Shown: positions 10,251-20,367 of the stretch, one piece after another
How positions within the stretch are numbered: position 1 is the first letter of the stretch
Layout: each line of letters opens with the position of its first letter
Origin: a virus
Lineage: Duplodnaviria > Caudoviricetes
Length of the DNA stretch: 64,000 bases
Strand: one strand, 5' to 3'
Virus record (IMG/VR): IMGVR_UViG_3300031908_000001
Span: 1-64,000 of that record
The notes under the pieces: model-generated
What the model was told of the DNA's origin: nothing
The model's input: only the letters and a program-made list of their open reading frames with translations
Database searches by the model: none
Made by a program: the position numbers and the translations under genes

Positions 10251-10564
10251 TATACTAATCCTCCAGGCTTTTTATTTGAATTTACTAATGGTAGTGGCTT
10301 CTTTTTTTCAAAAAACCTCATTGCAATATAATGCATTCCAATACTACCTAAAACTGCTCCAATTAGATATCCAACTTGAACCAATGGCTCATCTAAATTC
10401 ATTTGAAGCTGGCGGAAAACTAATAAATACATGCCATTTGACAATACTGCACTTATAGCGTGATATGCAATATTGTCGCTATTTCTGGCCCTGCTTACCA
10501 GAGTGAATGAGGCGTTCTGCAATATGCAAAGCCCAACCATAATTAAAGCTTCTGTTTCTTTCAT
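10250..10564 (-). CDS. small membrane protein
   Basis: Three hydrophobic segments. Confidence 0.6.
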   Translation of the reverse strand: MKETEALIMVGLCILQNASFTLVSRARNSDNIAYHAISAVLSNGMYLLVFRQLQMNLDEPLVQVGYLIGAVLGSIGMHYIAMRFFEKKKPLPLVNSNKKPGGLV

Positions 10565-10576
10565 AAATTTTATTTT

Positions 10577-10589
10577 TTAAGTTACTTAA
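10577..10589. repeat. TTAAGTNACTTAA palindrome, representative intergenic copy
   Basis: Perfect copies also start at 4031, 21208, 38088, 38529, 42084, 53633, 59542 and 63604. Confidence 0.8.
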
Positions 10590-10595
10590 TGAAAA

Positions 10596-11975
10596 TTAAT
10601 CCGGCTCTTCCCCCTTTAATGGATCAAAGAAATGAAGCCTTGTTTTTGCCCTATCAAAGAATCTATCTTTCTTAAAATTAGTACAAATTCTTACAGTTTG
10701 TCCAGATTTATTAAATCTAAACTTATCACAAAATAGCCTTATTATTTGCTCATTTTGCTCATCTCTGGTCTGGTTAATAGTTATAAAATAACTAAATGGC
10801 TGAACTATACCCTTACATTCAGAAACATTATATCTGGTCATTTTATATTTTGCATCATTTAATAATTCTTCATTTACTGAGGATGCCTGGGTTACTGCAA
10901 CTACCCTAGTAACTCCTTCAACTGCCAAATTTTTCATCTTATTCCCTACTGCAAGTCTTCTAAACCTTTCATCCTGTGGCTTGTATTTTATACCGTTCGA
11001 TGGATCAAATAATTCAAGATAATCAAAAAGAACTAAATCAATCTTTCCATGATTTTTTTCAACCTCAATTAATATATTTCTCGCATCTGCCATTGTTGCA
11101 GTTCCAAACTGTTCAAATGCATGCACATATATCTCTCCGCCGCCGGCTTTCAGATCTCTAACAATTTTATTTAGCTTTTCACTTAACTTGGAATCTATTT
11201 TGCAAAAATCTATATCATGATTACTTAATCCTGTCCACGTGGAATCATAACCGCGCAATGTCTCTTCTTTTGACCCCTCCGCCTGTAGATGTAATACTTT
11301 TTTGCCCAATCTTGCTGCTGTCACACCAATATGCCTCAAGAGCTTAGTTTTACCAGAACCTGATCCCCCCAGAAATAAAGCTGTATCTGTAACGTTTATG
11401 CCCCCCTCAATTAAAAAATCTATCTCCTCTATGCCAAATGGAAGCTTTTCATTACTGATCTTATGGCTATCCATATTTGACTTTCTTTCAAGAGATCTCT
11501 TTTCAAAGTTGTCAAATATCTTTTCATAATATTCTCTTTTTAGAGAGAATGCCTGGAGATCTTCACTTAATTTATGAATAAGTTTGTACCCCTCTTCTTT
11601 TGATTTCTCCCAAACTTTAGCAAATCCCCCATTGCCATCTGCATCTTCCGAAATTCTTGTCTTCAGCATTGATTGTTTCAGAAAATCTTCAAGATTAGAA
11701 ATCAATAGATCTTTCTCAACTATTTCAGCATGCTTTATTTTGCCAATTAACTGAAGCGTATCTGCATCATTTACGAATACCTGACCCAAAGTACCAACAG
11801 AGGACAAAGTGCCGTTAACCTCATAAGAATTAGAAATTAGCTTCCATATTTTTTTATACTCTTCTGTAGGGAGGTATTCATATTTTAAATGATTAATGCA
11901 AATTTCTAATATATCCTTTGACCGAAGACACGATTTATACAGTTCTTCCAGAAAGTGACCAGATAATTTATCCAC
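10596..11975 (-). CDS. DnaB-like (SF4) replicative helicase
   Basis: GGSGSGKT Walker A, LHLQAEG, VLFDYLEL Walker B, VTQA, DKFR; GTG start. Confidence 0.85.
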   Translation of the reverse strand: MDKLSGHFLEELYKSCLRSKDILEICINHLKYEYLPTEEYKKIWKLISNSYEVNGTLSSVGTLGQVFVNDADTLQLIGKIKHAEIVEKDLLISNLEDFLKQSMLKTRISEDADGNGGFAKVWEKSKEEGYKLIHKLSEDLQAFSLKREYYEKIFDNFEKRSLERKSNMDSHKISNEKLPFGIEEIDFLIEGGINVTDTALFLGGSGSGKTKLLRHIGVTAARLGKKVLHLQAEGSKEETLRGYDSTWTGLSNHDIDFCKIDSKLSEKLNKIVRDLKAGGGEIYVHAFEQFGTATMADARNILIEVEKNHGKIDLVLFDYLELFDPSNGIKYKPQDERFRRLAVGNKMKNLAVEGVTRVVAVTQASSVNEELLNDAKYKMTRYNVSECKGIVQPFSYFITINQTRDEQNEQIIRLFCDKFRFNKSGQTVRICTNFKKDRFFDRAKTRLHFFDPLKGEEPD

Positions 11976-12533
11976 TTAACCTAATTTAAGCTTTTTACAA
12001 TCTTTTTTAAACTTGCAAAAAATACACAACTTAGATCTATGATTGTATAAAGTTGTCACCTCTATACAATTTACAAAACCACGCTCTGTATTATAAAATC
12101 TTAGCTTCTCAATATCCTGAAGAGGAATCTTATTAACAATTTTTACTCCATTCAATTTAGCAACTAAAATATCTTTATCTATATTAAATCTCTTAATAAA
12201 TTCCTGTAAAAAGTAATTCCAGCTCGACTGCTTATTGTCCCATCTATCCAGTGCCTTCTTGCCAACTACCCAATTTAACATCACCTTCCCTTCAAATCTA
12301 GTATCTAGCTCAGACCAATATTTAAACTGAAACGTATAGTAATCAATTAAAAAATTTGGACCTATGCTAAGTAAATGATAATTTTTATGAAGTAGTTTTA
12401 CAAAGTTACTAATTTGTTTTTCCTGATTATCTGATGGTCTAAATTTGTAATTCTTCCATCCAGTCATCTTTACAAAAAAGTACTCATATAAAATTCCTAT
12501 ATGCTCTTTAATTTCCCTCTCTTTTTCTTGCAT
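11976..12533 (-). CDS. hypothetical protein with C-terminal CxxC
   Basis: 185 aa, abuts the helicase; NC...CIFC...C. Confidence 0.65.
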   Translation of the reverse strand: MQEKEREIKEHIGILYEYFFVKMTGWKNYKFRPSDNQEKQISNFVKLLHKNYHLLSIGPNFLIDYYTFQFKYWSELDTRFEGKVMLNWVVGKKALDRWDNKQSSWNYFLQEFIKRFNIDKDILVAKLNGVKIVNKIPLQDIEKLRFYNTERGFVNCIEVTTLYNHRSKLCIFCKFKKDCKKLKLG

Positions 12534-12552
12534 TATTAGTGTATTTAGTTAA

Positions 12553-12580
12553 GGCCGGATACCATAAATTATGGCCGGCC
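12553..12580 (-). terminator. GC-rich hairpin downstream of the ParB-like gene
   Basis: GGCCGG-ATA-CCATAA-A-TTATGG-CCGGCC inverted repeat. Confidence 0.45.
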
Positions 12581-12610
12581 AATAACTTTTCCATAGCTGA
12601 TAATAATTTC

Positions 12611-13465
12611 TTATTTGATCGATGTTGTTCTGTAAGTAAGATAGTTTTTTAATTCTCTTAATGTAACCTCTTGCTCAAGATACATTACGACATTATTAAA
12701 TGTTTCTATTCTCTCATTATCATTTCCGGCAATATCTTTCTGTACTGATTTCAAAAGCTGTACTATATGAGAAACCTTTCTTTCGTTCTTCTTATCTGAT
12801 ATTACACTAACGTGCTTTGATGTTATCCTGTCTTTTCCCTCTTTTTTTGCATTCTCCTTGGCCTCTTCTATGATTTCTTTTTGTCTGTCTTCATCTTTTG
12901 CAGATCTCATTATTTCTGAGGCAGTGGTTGCGCTCATTACATTTTCCAGGATTTGATTTTTTACAAATTTTGGAGCTTTGCTGACAAGTATCATGTTTGA
13001 TACATGAGCCTCTGTTTTACCGATCTTTCTTGCAATATCTTTTCTTGCCCATCCGTACGCCTCTAATCTGGAAAATAGATCTCCTTCTTCAAGTGGAGTA
13101 AGACGCTTTCCAGAATTTAAAACAAACATATCTACTAATCTTTGCTCATTAGTATAACCCCGCTCTTCTAAAATAAAAGGAACTTTCTTAATCAATGTTC
13201 CCTCACTTATTGCCTTCATCACTGCGGTATATCTTCTGAATCCATCTGTAAGTCGGAATTTTTCGCCATCCTTTTCTCTGAATCCCCTTAATGGTTGCTT
13301 AACACCGTTTTCTATAATTGAATTTTTTAGCTCATCAATATCACCATAATCTTGGCGAACGTTAAAACTTTCATCCGCAATTATTAGAGCAGGATCAAGC
13401 ATTAATAAATCTTTTCTTGTTATTGGTCTTACGTCTGTTGAATTAATAGCTGCGTTCTTTTCCAT
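12611..13465 (-). CDS. ParB/Spo0J-like partition protein (ParB-N + HTH)
   Basis: FNVRQDYGDIDELKNSIIENGVKQPL, LTDGFRRYTA, N..KRLTPLE and HTH RKDIARKIGKTEAHVSNMI. Confidence 0.85.
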   Translation of the reverse strand: MEKNAAINSTDVRPITRKDLLMLDPALIIADESFNVRQDYGDIDELKNSIIENGVKQPLRGFREKDGEKFRLTDGFRRYTAVMKAISEGTLIKKVPFILEERGYTNEQRLVDMFVLNSGKRLTPLEEGDLFSRLEAYGWARKDIARKIGKTEAHVSNMILVSKAPKFVKNQILENVMSATTASEIMRSAKDEDRQKEIIEEAKENAKKEGKDRITSKHVSVISDKKNERKVSHIVQLLKSVQKDIAGNDNERIETFNNVVMYLEQEVTLRELKNYLTYRTTSIK

Positions 13466-13508
13466 TGTTACGATCTTTTTATAGTTTAATTATTAACCTG
13501 ATACAATA

Positions 13509-13558
13509 TTATAAAAGTTTTTTTAAATAAAAAAATATTTTAAGAAAAACTTTTATAA
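13509..13558 (-). promoter_or_regulatory. paired operator-like boxes upstream of the ParB-like gene
   Basis: TTATAAAAGTTTTT...AAAAACTTTTATAA inverted pair. Confidence 0.55.
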
Positions 13559-13563
13559 TATTT

Positions 13564-14367
13564 TTAATACTCAAAGTAAAATCTTACACCTGTTTCTATC
13601 AAATCGCTTGATAAAATAGTTTCATTATTTTCAATAATTCTTTTAATAAAAAGCCCCAAATATGTTCCAGATTTAAAATCTTCCACCTCTATACTATTAT
13701 CTATTAATCCCAAAAGAGGCACTGCTGGAGCAATATTAACAATGTTTATTTTTGTACTTATAATTCCACCTTCTTCTACACCCAACAATAATTTAGTAAT
13801 TTTTAATACTTGCCTCTCTGCATCTTCTAATAATACTTTCTCAATCTTATAATTTTCATTGGAGAATTTAGACACAATATAATCAAGATACTTGTCTACC
13901 TGAGAATTTAAAGTGAATGGTATTGAATATATAAGTAAAGATCCATCATAAATATTTACTGTTTGCCCCTTTGTTGGAGGTATATTGATGTCTATTATTG
14001 CTGATTCAAAATTAACATCGGCATCATAAAATTTGACAAAACGTGGCAAAATACCTTGGCCAACTGGCAATTCAAAATATGGGCCACATTCACTTGCGGT
14101 TGTGTGAGCTAATCCTATTTCTATTTTTGCCTGAGATTCTGGAAGGTATTCATAATATAATTTTAAATTTGCAATATCGGGTCCAGTATTCTTTAATGCT
14201 ATACATCGGCATTGCTTGGTTTTATCTCCAATATCTTTTAATGTGACATCAGTAAATAAGTTATTTAAATATTCATCCGGTATCTCAGAAGTACTTATGT
14301 GGCCACCTATTGAAATAGATGGATCTGTTTGTGCTCCTGACGAATTTGTATAATAAAATTTTATCAT
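13564..14367 (-). CDS. putative virion/baseplate protein
   Basis: End of the tail operon; beta-rich, PSISIGGHISTSEIP. Confidence 0.5.
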   Translation of the reverse strand: MIKFYYTNSSGAQTDPSISIGGHISTSEIPDEYLNNLFTDVTLKDIGDKTKQCRCIALKNTGPDIANLKLYYEYLPESQAKIEIGLAHTTASECGPYFELPVGQGILPRFVKFYDADVNFESAIIDINIPPTKGQTVNIYDGSLLIYSIPFTLNSQVDKYLDYIVSKFSNENYKIEKVLLEDAERQVLKITKLLLGVEEGGIISTKINIVNIAPAVPLLGLIDNSIEVEDFKSGTYLGLFIKRIIENNETILSSDLIETGVRFYFEY

Positions 14368-14801
14368 TATTTTTCTCCTGCTGCTATAACTAGTACGGCC
14401 TTTGATGTTAAAGTTGGAATTGTTACAGAATCTATCTCTATTGTGCCATCAAAATTTTCAACATTAATCATTTGATACTGTGACATTTTTCCAAGCGACA
14501 CTGTATTTACCGATAAGGAAAATTTAATATCATTTTTCTGAAAGTTTTCAGAATTGGAGTCATAGATCTGAATGTATAGATATGCCAATTTTGAAGCGTC
14601 AATATTTAATGCTTCAAACACATTTAAACTGAAGCTTGCTCCATATTTAATAGAAAAAGATCTATAATCTACTCTACCAAGTATAAATTTATTATATTCT
14701 GTAGAGGATGATCCTATTATATCATTAGCTACTAAATAATTGTTGGGAGACTGATAATCAGTCTCCTCAAATTTTATCTTAGATCCTACAGTTAGTTTCA
14801 T
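14367..14801 (-). CDS. hypothetical structural protein
   Basis: 144 aa, coupled to both neighbours. Confidence 0.55.
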   Translation of the reverse strand: MKLTVGSKIKFEETDYQSPNNYLVANDIIGSSSTEYNKFILGRVDYRSFSIKYGASFSLNVFEALNIDASKLAYLYIQIYDSNSENFQKNDIKFSLSVNTVSLGKMSQYQMINVENFDGTIEIDSVTIPTLTSKAVLVIAAGEK

Positions 14802-15190
14802 TATGGAAGTGGCTCAGATTTTCCTTCTCCGATCAACACCTTTCCAATATTGGCACTATATTCAGTCACCTTATCTCCGTCTCCAAAAGTGCCATCTGTT
14901 TCTGAAACAAGCACTATCGCTCTCATTATTCCTTCTGGGTAAGATGCGGTCTCTTCTCTTTCCAAAACAATATCTATTTGATTATCAATTGTTCCATTAA
15001 CAGTTAATGTACCAACACCCGTACTCGGATTTAGCGCATACCTTTTTGACTGCTCAACACCATTCACTTTAATGAATGCCTTTATATTTGGCACAGCCGT
15101 TAAATCAACTGCTACACCACTTTTGTCAAGAATTTGAATACTGGCAACGCTATCTTCGCCCTGTTTAAGAATAGTATATAGATTTGGCAT
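14801..15190 (-). CDS. BppU-like/Ig-like virion protein
   Basis: ILKQGEDSVASIQILDKSGVAVDLT...IVLEREETASYPEG pattern typical of BppU N-terminal-like domains. Confidence 0.5.
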   Translation of the reverse strand: MPNLYTILKQGEDSVASIQILDKSGVAVDLTAVPNIKAFIKVNGVEQSKRYALNPSTGVGTLTVNGTIDNQIDIVLEREETASYPEGIMRAIVLVSETDGTFGDGDKVTEYSANIGKVLIGEGKSEPLP

Positions 15191-15331
15191 TTTTATTAAA
15201 TTATTTTAAGTAAAAGTAGCGATTTATTTTATTATTTGAAAATAATTAAGTAATTTAAAATATTATAAAAACTTTTATCATTTAATGGTTACATTAATTA
15301 TTAAATAAGTATAAATAATAAAGATCGTAAA

Positions 15332-16252
15332 ATGAAAAAGATAGTAATAATTTTATTAATCTCCTTAAATTTTTCCTGCTTTTCTCAGTCTTTTAATCAA
15401 CAGGAAAGACAAATAATAGCTTATAATATATTGTTCGGTGGAATAAATGGAGGAATAGGAGCTGCAATAAATAAACCCAAACATGAAAAAACAACTAAAG
15501 CTTTTATTAAGGGATTCTATAAGGGTTGTATAGGAGGCACATTAATGTATGCGGGGAAAAGAACTTCTGCCCTTATAAAAATTGAAGCAACAAAACATGA
15601 TCAAATAACATCTATGTTTCGCTCGGACTTTCGATATAATAGCTTTGGTTATGGTTGGGCAGGTAAGCTTATACACACTACAGGTGCATCTATTGTGGAA
15701 AATGCAAGTACAGGCAGAGGGTTTTTAGAAGATTGGACTATGGACTATGGACCAATCAGAATGTCTTTTAATACAAAAAACCTATCTCCTTCATTTAGAC
15801 TTAAAGCAGAAGGAAGTTATAGATTTATACAATTATTTTTTCATGGAAAACTCTCAATAAAAAAATCACTATTAATTGGAACACCTTATTTTATTTCTAA
15901 TCCTGAATATGCTGAGTTAGATTTTAATGGAAGACATAAAGCAGGGAGTATAATAGTAAATGAGGGTCATTTAGCAAATGTACATCAAGTTACAACTCAC
16001 GAATACATTCATTCTCTACAAGAAAGAGAAAATTCAATTTATTTATATTTAACTTACAAAACTAATTCTAAATTTATGAATAAATATGGTTCTTATAAAT
16101 TTATTGGAAAATATTTGTGTGTAGAACCAATTTATGTATCAACAGTTAGATGGATAATTCAACCTTCAAGAGAAAATTATTTTAAATCATACTCTGAAAT
16201 GGAGGCTCAGCACATAGCTACTAATCAATATGTTTCACCTAAATTGCCTTAA
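15332..16252 (+). CDS. secreted/membrane protein with HExxH motif; the only convincing plus-strand gene
   Basis: Signal peptide MKKIVIILLISLNFSCFSQ, Gly-rich helices, THEYIHSLQ...EMEA zincin-like motif; fills the gap between minus-strand genes. Confidence 0.75.
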   Translation: MKKIVIILLISLNFSCFSQSFNQQERQIIAYNILFGGINGGIGAAINKPKHEKTTKAFIKGFYKGCIGGTLMYAGKRTSALIKIEATKHDQITSMFRSDFRYNSFGYGWAGKLIHTTGASIVENASTGRGFLEDWTMDYGPIRMSFNTKNLSPSFRLKAEGSYRFIQLFFHGKLSIKKSLLIGTPYFISNPEYAELDFNGRHKAGSIIVNEGHLANVHQVTTHEYIHSLQERENSIYLYLTYKTNSKFMNKYGSYKFIGKYLCVEPIYVSTVRWIIQPSRENYFKSYSEMEAQHIATNQYVSPKLP

Positions 16253-18726
16253 TCTATCCAAAAAGATATTGAAGATAAATCAGAAGATTCACTTGTTACT
16301 GATCCACTTAATATTAGTGTTACGTCTCCATTGCTTCCAACAACCACAGCTTGAGGTAATGAGTTAACAAAATCATAGGTGACAAAATATGTATTTGAAA
16401 GAGGCCTATGTCCAACTGGCAATGTAAAAGCTACAGCACTTCCTGAATTAGTATAGCTTACATTCCCCTGTAATGTAATTTTTCCACTTTGCTCTTTTCT
16501 ATATTTTGCAGTACCTGTAAATGTTCCCCCTACTGTTGCAGAAATCCATGCTGGTTGAATGATGTCTGCTTTAAGAAGTATTGCTTCATTTAAGACATTA
16601 TAGTCATCACTATCCAATATCTGGATCCACGATGTCCATCCGCCCAAAACAGCGTTTTTTAATCTATGAAATAAATTATCTCCACTGCCTATCTTTCTTG
16701 CTAATTGAAAGCCATAATCGGGGGTTAGAAAACTTGAAACTACATGATATTGTCCTGTGTCTGGTGCATTTGGTGTAGAACCATCCCAAAATGTAAAGCC
16801 GGCTACCGTAAAATCATTAGCATTAGATGATGGAATATATTTGTCAACTTTTTTATCAAGATCGATTAGCTTAATTGAAACATGTGGAAATAGTTTCCAA
16901 TTTGTTCCATCGTAAACACACTTTATTAATAGATTCCCCGCCTGGGCTTGAGCAATAAAAAATGAATCAAAAGTTATTAATGTTGATCCCGTATTTCCAG
17001 AATTAACATATCCTTGAACTATTCGTAAAAAGAATGATCCAGAATTTATAGCATTTCTAAAATCTAATATAAAACTATTTCCATTAATGGCCCCTAATGT
17101 ATTTAAATTAATATAATGATCGGCTGTAAATGTAATTGACCCATCTATTAACTGATATTGTGGGGTTGTTCCTACGAATACTTGAACAACTGGATTATCG
17201 TTGCTTAATTGTCTTGTTTGCACTCCAAACACATCTCCGCTATCAACCTTTGTTTTAAATTTTGAATAGGCGGTAGCACTAATTGTTAACTGAATATATC
17301 CATCAGTTTCACTAGAGATGTATGGATATAAAACTCTTTCAGATATATCTTTAAGACTTCCGTCAGAATTAAATGAATCCTCAGTATAATATCCAACCGA
17401 ATCCGATATAAGGGAAAATAAATTAGAATATTCATTATTATTCTTATATCTGTACTTAATATTATATAGACAGGTTGGATCTTTATAGGCCAATAAATAG
17501 ATTTTTCCAAACCCCTCATTTATAAGGAATGTTTGTTTCAGAGCTGGTAACTCTATATTATCAGAAACATTTGGAGTACATACAAATTCAATTTCTTCTA
17601 CATCTGGACATATTATGAGCTCCTGAGAAGGATCTGAATATTTATCAACATCAATTATGTCTAGTATTAAATTTATCTGAGAAAAGGATTTTACACTAGA
17701 TGTGATTCTACTAAATGATCCATCTTTTGTATAAACTCTCCAGCCATCAAAATTTCCATTTATAAAATCAGCAGTAGATTTATATCTTCCGCCGGAGCCG
17801 GCTGAGATTGCTATTTTATTTAAATTAGAATCTATTGTCCAATTTGTTGTTCTGAAGGCCCAGGCTGCATATACTATATTTTTATCCCTAGTAGATGCGA
17901 TATGATCAAAAACTATTTTCTCTACTCCAGCTAATGGATTGGCTACTTTATCTATATTGCTTACAAAATATTCTGATCTAGTTTGCCAGATTTCCGTTCT
18001 CTTGTCTTCTATAACAACTTGACCACTTATAACTTTAACCCTTGCTAAAAAGAATTCTTCGTTTTCTATGGCTACCGGCCTTGTATTTAAAGTTGTTTCG
18101 GCAATTAATGACAATATACATGAATCATATTGAAATATGTTTTTATCATCTGATGATGGAACCATGCCTGGGGTAAATGTTCCTATTACGGATACCTTTA
18201 AATCTGATTCTGAACTGAATTCTCCCTGAAGTACTGCGCTTGTATTACTTAGAACCTCCAATACATCATATTCTAATGTATTTAGAGAAGCGTTTGTGAA
18301 CTTTATTCTGGTTGGTAGATTGGGCTGACCTCTAAATTCCAACATACTTGTACCTACTCCAGTAAGATTTCCAGAAGAATCTATAGAATATGTTCCGACT
18401 TCTTCGGAAGATTCTTGATATTTTATTTTTATCCAATAAAAATTACCATCATTAGGAACAGAAATATTGTCTGTAGCTGATTTTATAATAAATTGGCCAT
18501 TTACATTAATTGCAAGCAAGTCAGAATGCTTAATTGTCAATGCATTTGTTCCAAGACTTATTTTGCCGTTATCAAATGATGCATCAATATTGTTATTTAT
18601 TAACCCAAATTTAGCAGTATTATTTAAAGCAAATTTTCTAAATCCATCTATATCCAATGAATTTACCAATTTCTGTAATTCTGTTTTGCCTATAAAACTT
18701 CCGCTTGAAAATTTAACTCTTCCCAT
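16249..18726 (-). CDS. baseplate/tail fibre protein
   Basis: 825 aa; C-terminal fibre-like knob (ANDFTVAGF...PNAP...WTSW) and FTLPVGHRP tip motif. Confidence 0.7.
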   Translation of the reverse strand: MGRVKFSSGSFIGKTELQKLVNSLDIDGFRKFALNNTAKFGLINNNIDASFDNGKISLGTNALTIKHSDLLAINVNGQFIIKSATDNISVPNDGNFYWIKIKYQESSEEVGTYSIDSSGNLTGVGTSMLEFRGQPNLPTRIKFTNASLNTLEYDVLEVLSNTSAVLQGEFSSESDLKVSVIGTFTPGMVPSSDDKNIFQYDSCILSLIAETTLNTRPVAIENEEFFLARVKVISGQVVIEDKRTEIWQTRSEYFVSNIDKVANPLAGVEKIVFDHIASTRDKNIVYAAWAFRTTNWTIDSNLNKIAISAGSGGRYKSTADFINGNFDGWRVYTKDGSFSRITSSVKSFSQINLILDIIDVDKYSDPSQELIICPDVEEIEFVCTPNVSDNIELPALKQTFLINEGFGKIYLLAYKDPTCLYNIKYRYKNNNEYSNLFSLISDSVGYYTEDSFNSDGSLKDISERVLYPYISSETDGYIQLTISATAYSKFKTKVDSGDVFGVQTRQLSNDNPVVQVFVGTTPQYQLIDGSITFTADHYINLNTLGAINGNSFILDFRNAINSGSFFLRIVQGYVNSGNTGSTLITFDSFFIAQAQAGNLLIKCVYDGTNWKLFPHVSIKLIDLDKKVDKYIPSSNANDFTVAGFTFWDGSTPNAPDTGQYHVVSSFLTPDYGFQLARKIGSGDNLFHRLKNAVLGGWTSWIQILDSDDYNVLNEAILLKADIIQPAWISATVGGTFTGTAKYRKEQSGKITLQGNVSYTNSGSAVAFTLPVGHRPLSNTYFVTYDFVNSLPQAVVVGSNGDVTLILSGSVTSESSDLSSISFWID

Positions 18727-18727
18727 T

Positions 18728-18922
18728 TTACAAATAAATATTTTTCTTAGTGCTATTGTATGGTATTAAATATTTTCTTTCAATCTCCTCAATTTGTTCA
18801 TTTGTGAGATTTTGATTATTGTTCTTTAACCAATTAATAATAAAAGGGCCCGATTGAATAAATCCTGTGGAAAATTCTCTATCTAACGGTCTTACTTTGA
18901 AATCTTTTATTATGGTAGCCAA
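18728..18922 (-). CDS. small baseplate-associated protein
   Basis: 64 aa, abuts the start of the 825 aa gene. Confidence 0.5.
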   Translation of the reverse strand: MATIIKDFKVRPLDREFSTGFIQSGPFIINWLKNNNQNLTNEQIEEIERKYLIPYNSTKKNIYL

Positions 18923-18974
18923 TATAATTTATTAATTTTATATAAAAATAAGCAAATTTTTACAATATTAATAA

Positions 18975-20363
18975 TTATACCGTCTTTATTACTAGCTCTG
19001 GAAGTATCTTTTTAACATTATCTCTAAATCTAAGATTTGACCCAAATCCTATATTCAATCTTGCCTCTTCTGAAGAAATATTTGGCTTATTGTTGGCATA
19101 AATAATGCCCCTTATAAAATAATATTTATCTGATTGATTTAAAGATTTTTCTACAAAAAAATTATTTAGTGACAATCCGGTAACGGGACTTTCCAAATCT
19201 ACTATATTTTCATTTTCATCAAATGCTTTTATTCTAAATGTTATATTTTCAAGAGCGATGTCTTCTTGCTTTATCCATAGGGTTATCTCATAACTTAATC
19301 CAATATCTACTTTTATACATTTGTCAGTATCAAAGGGCTCCTCATATCCTATTCCACTTCCCGACATGGACCCATTAATATTTATTACATTTATTCCACT
19401 TTCATCTATAACACTTACATCAGAATCATTTATTAATGGATAATTTGTTATATCTTCTACAGATTCTGTTGTCTCGTAGCCCTTGATAAGCATATTATCA
19501 AACAGAGTTCCTAAATAAAGTGGGCTAGATGTGTCCACATTCCAGTTTATTAATTCCGGTCTACTAATGGTGAATAAAAATTCATCTATGGGACTATAAC
19601 ATATAAGCCTCAATAATTCTCCATCTACAGATTTTGTGTCGCTCTTAGGCCTAATTATTTGTATAGTGCCTCTCTGTCTAATCTCATCATAATAATGTTG
19701 CAGAATATAAAGCAAATCTATCTGCAATTCATCATGGCAGATTATCATATTTCTTTGCTTAAGATAATCTATTAATAAATCTACATAATTTTTGAAAAAT
19801 TCAAATTTCCTAGCATAAATTACATGATAAGCAAAAAACCAGGATATGCTTTTAAATAGATCTATAAAATCCTCATCATCATTAATATTTCCGGTTGCCC
19901 CCCTTGTAATATATTTTGGAACAATTCCTGAATAAATTTTATTTGTTACATTTATCGCCCATCCAACAACTTCTGGATCATGGCAAGAAAAAAAATCTGC
20001 GAAAATACTTTTCTTATATATTTCTCCGCATGATGGTTCTAAAAATTCACCATCTAAAGTTATTGAATTAAAATATAAATCTCCAGTAAAATCTGAACCC
20101 GATCTGGTATATTTATAATCTATAAAAAATGTATCATTGGAAGCAACAATTATGCTAGATAGGTTATCGTTTGTAAGCTCTATCCAAGAAGTATAATTTA
20201 TACTATCAACCGAATATCTAAATTGCTTAATAAAAAATCTAGTGAGTGTTTCTCCTATTGTATCATCAACATAGCTGACAGTTCCTATTAATCCAACAAT
20301 GGGAATATCTGCTTGTATTAAAAATACATCGCCGAACTCAGTAGATTTATTTCCAATTATCAA
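18975..20363 (-). CDS. putative baseplate wedge protein
   Basis: 462 aa, in the tail operon; YYDEIRQRGT resembles tail-protein-I-like motifs; TTG start. Confidence 0.55.
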   Translation of the reverse strand: MIIGNKSTEFGDVFLIQADIPIVGLIGTVSYVDDTIGETLTRFFIKQFRYSVDSINYTSWIELTNDNLSSIIVASNDTFFIDYKYTRSGSDFTGDLYFNSITLDGEFLEPSCGEIYKKSIFADFFSCHDPEVVGWAINVTNKIYSGIVPKYITRGATGNINDDEDFIDLFKSISWFFAYHVIYARKFEFFKNYVDLLIDYLKQRNMIICHDELQIDLLYILQHYYDEIRQRGTIQIIRPKSDTKSVDGELLRLICYSPIDEFLFTISRPELINWNVDTSSPLYLGTLFDNMLIKGYETTESVEDITNYPLINDSDVSVIDESGINVININGSMSGSGIGYEEPFDTDKCIKVDIGLSYEITLWIKQEDIALENITFRIKAFDENENIVDLESPVTGLSLNNFFVEKSLNQSDKYYFIRGIIYANNKPNISSEEARLNIGFGSNLRFRDNVKKILPELVIKTV

Positions 20364-20367
20364 TTAA

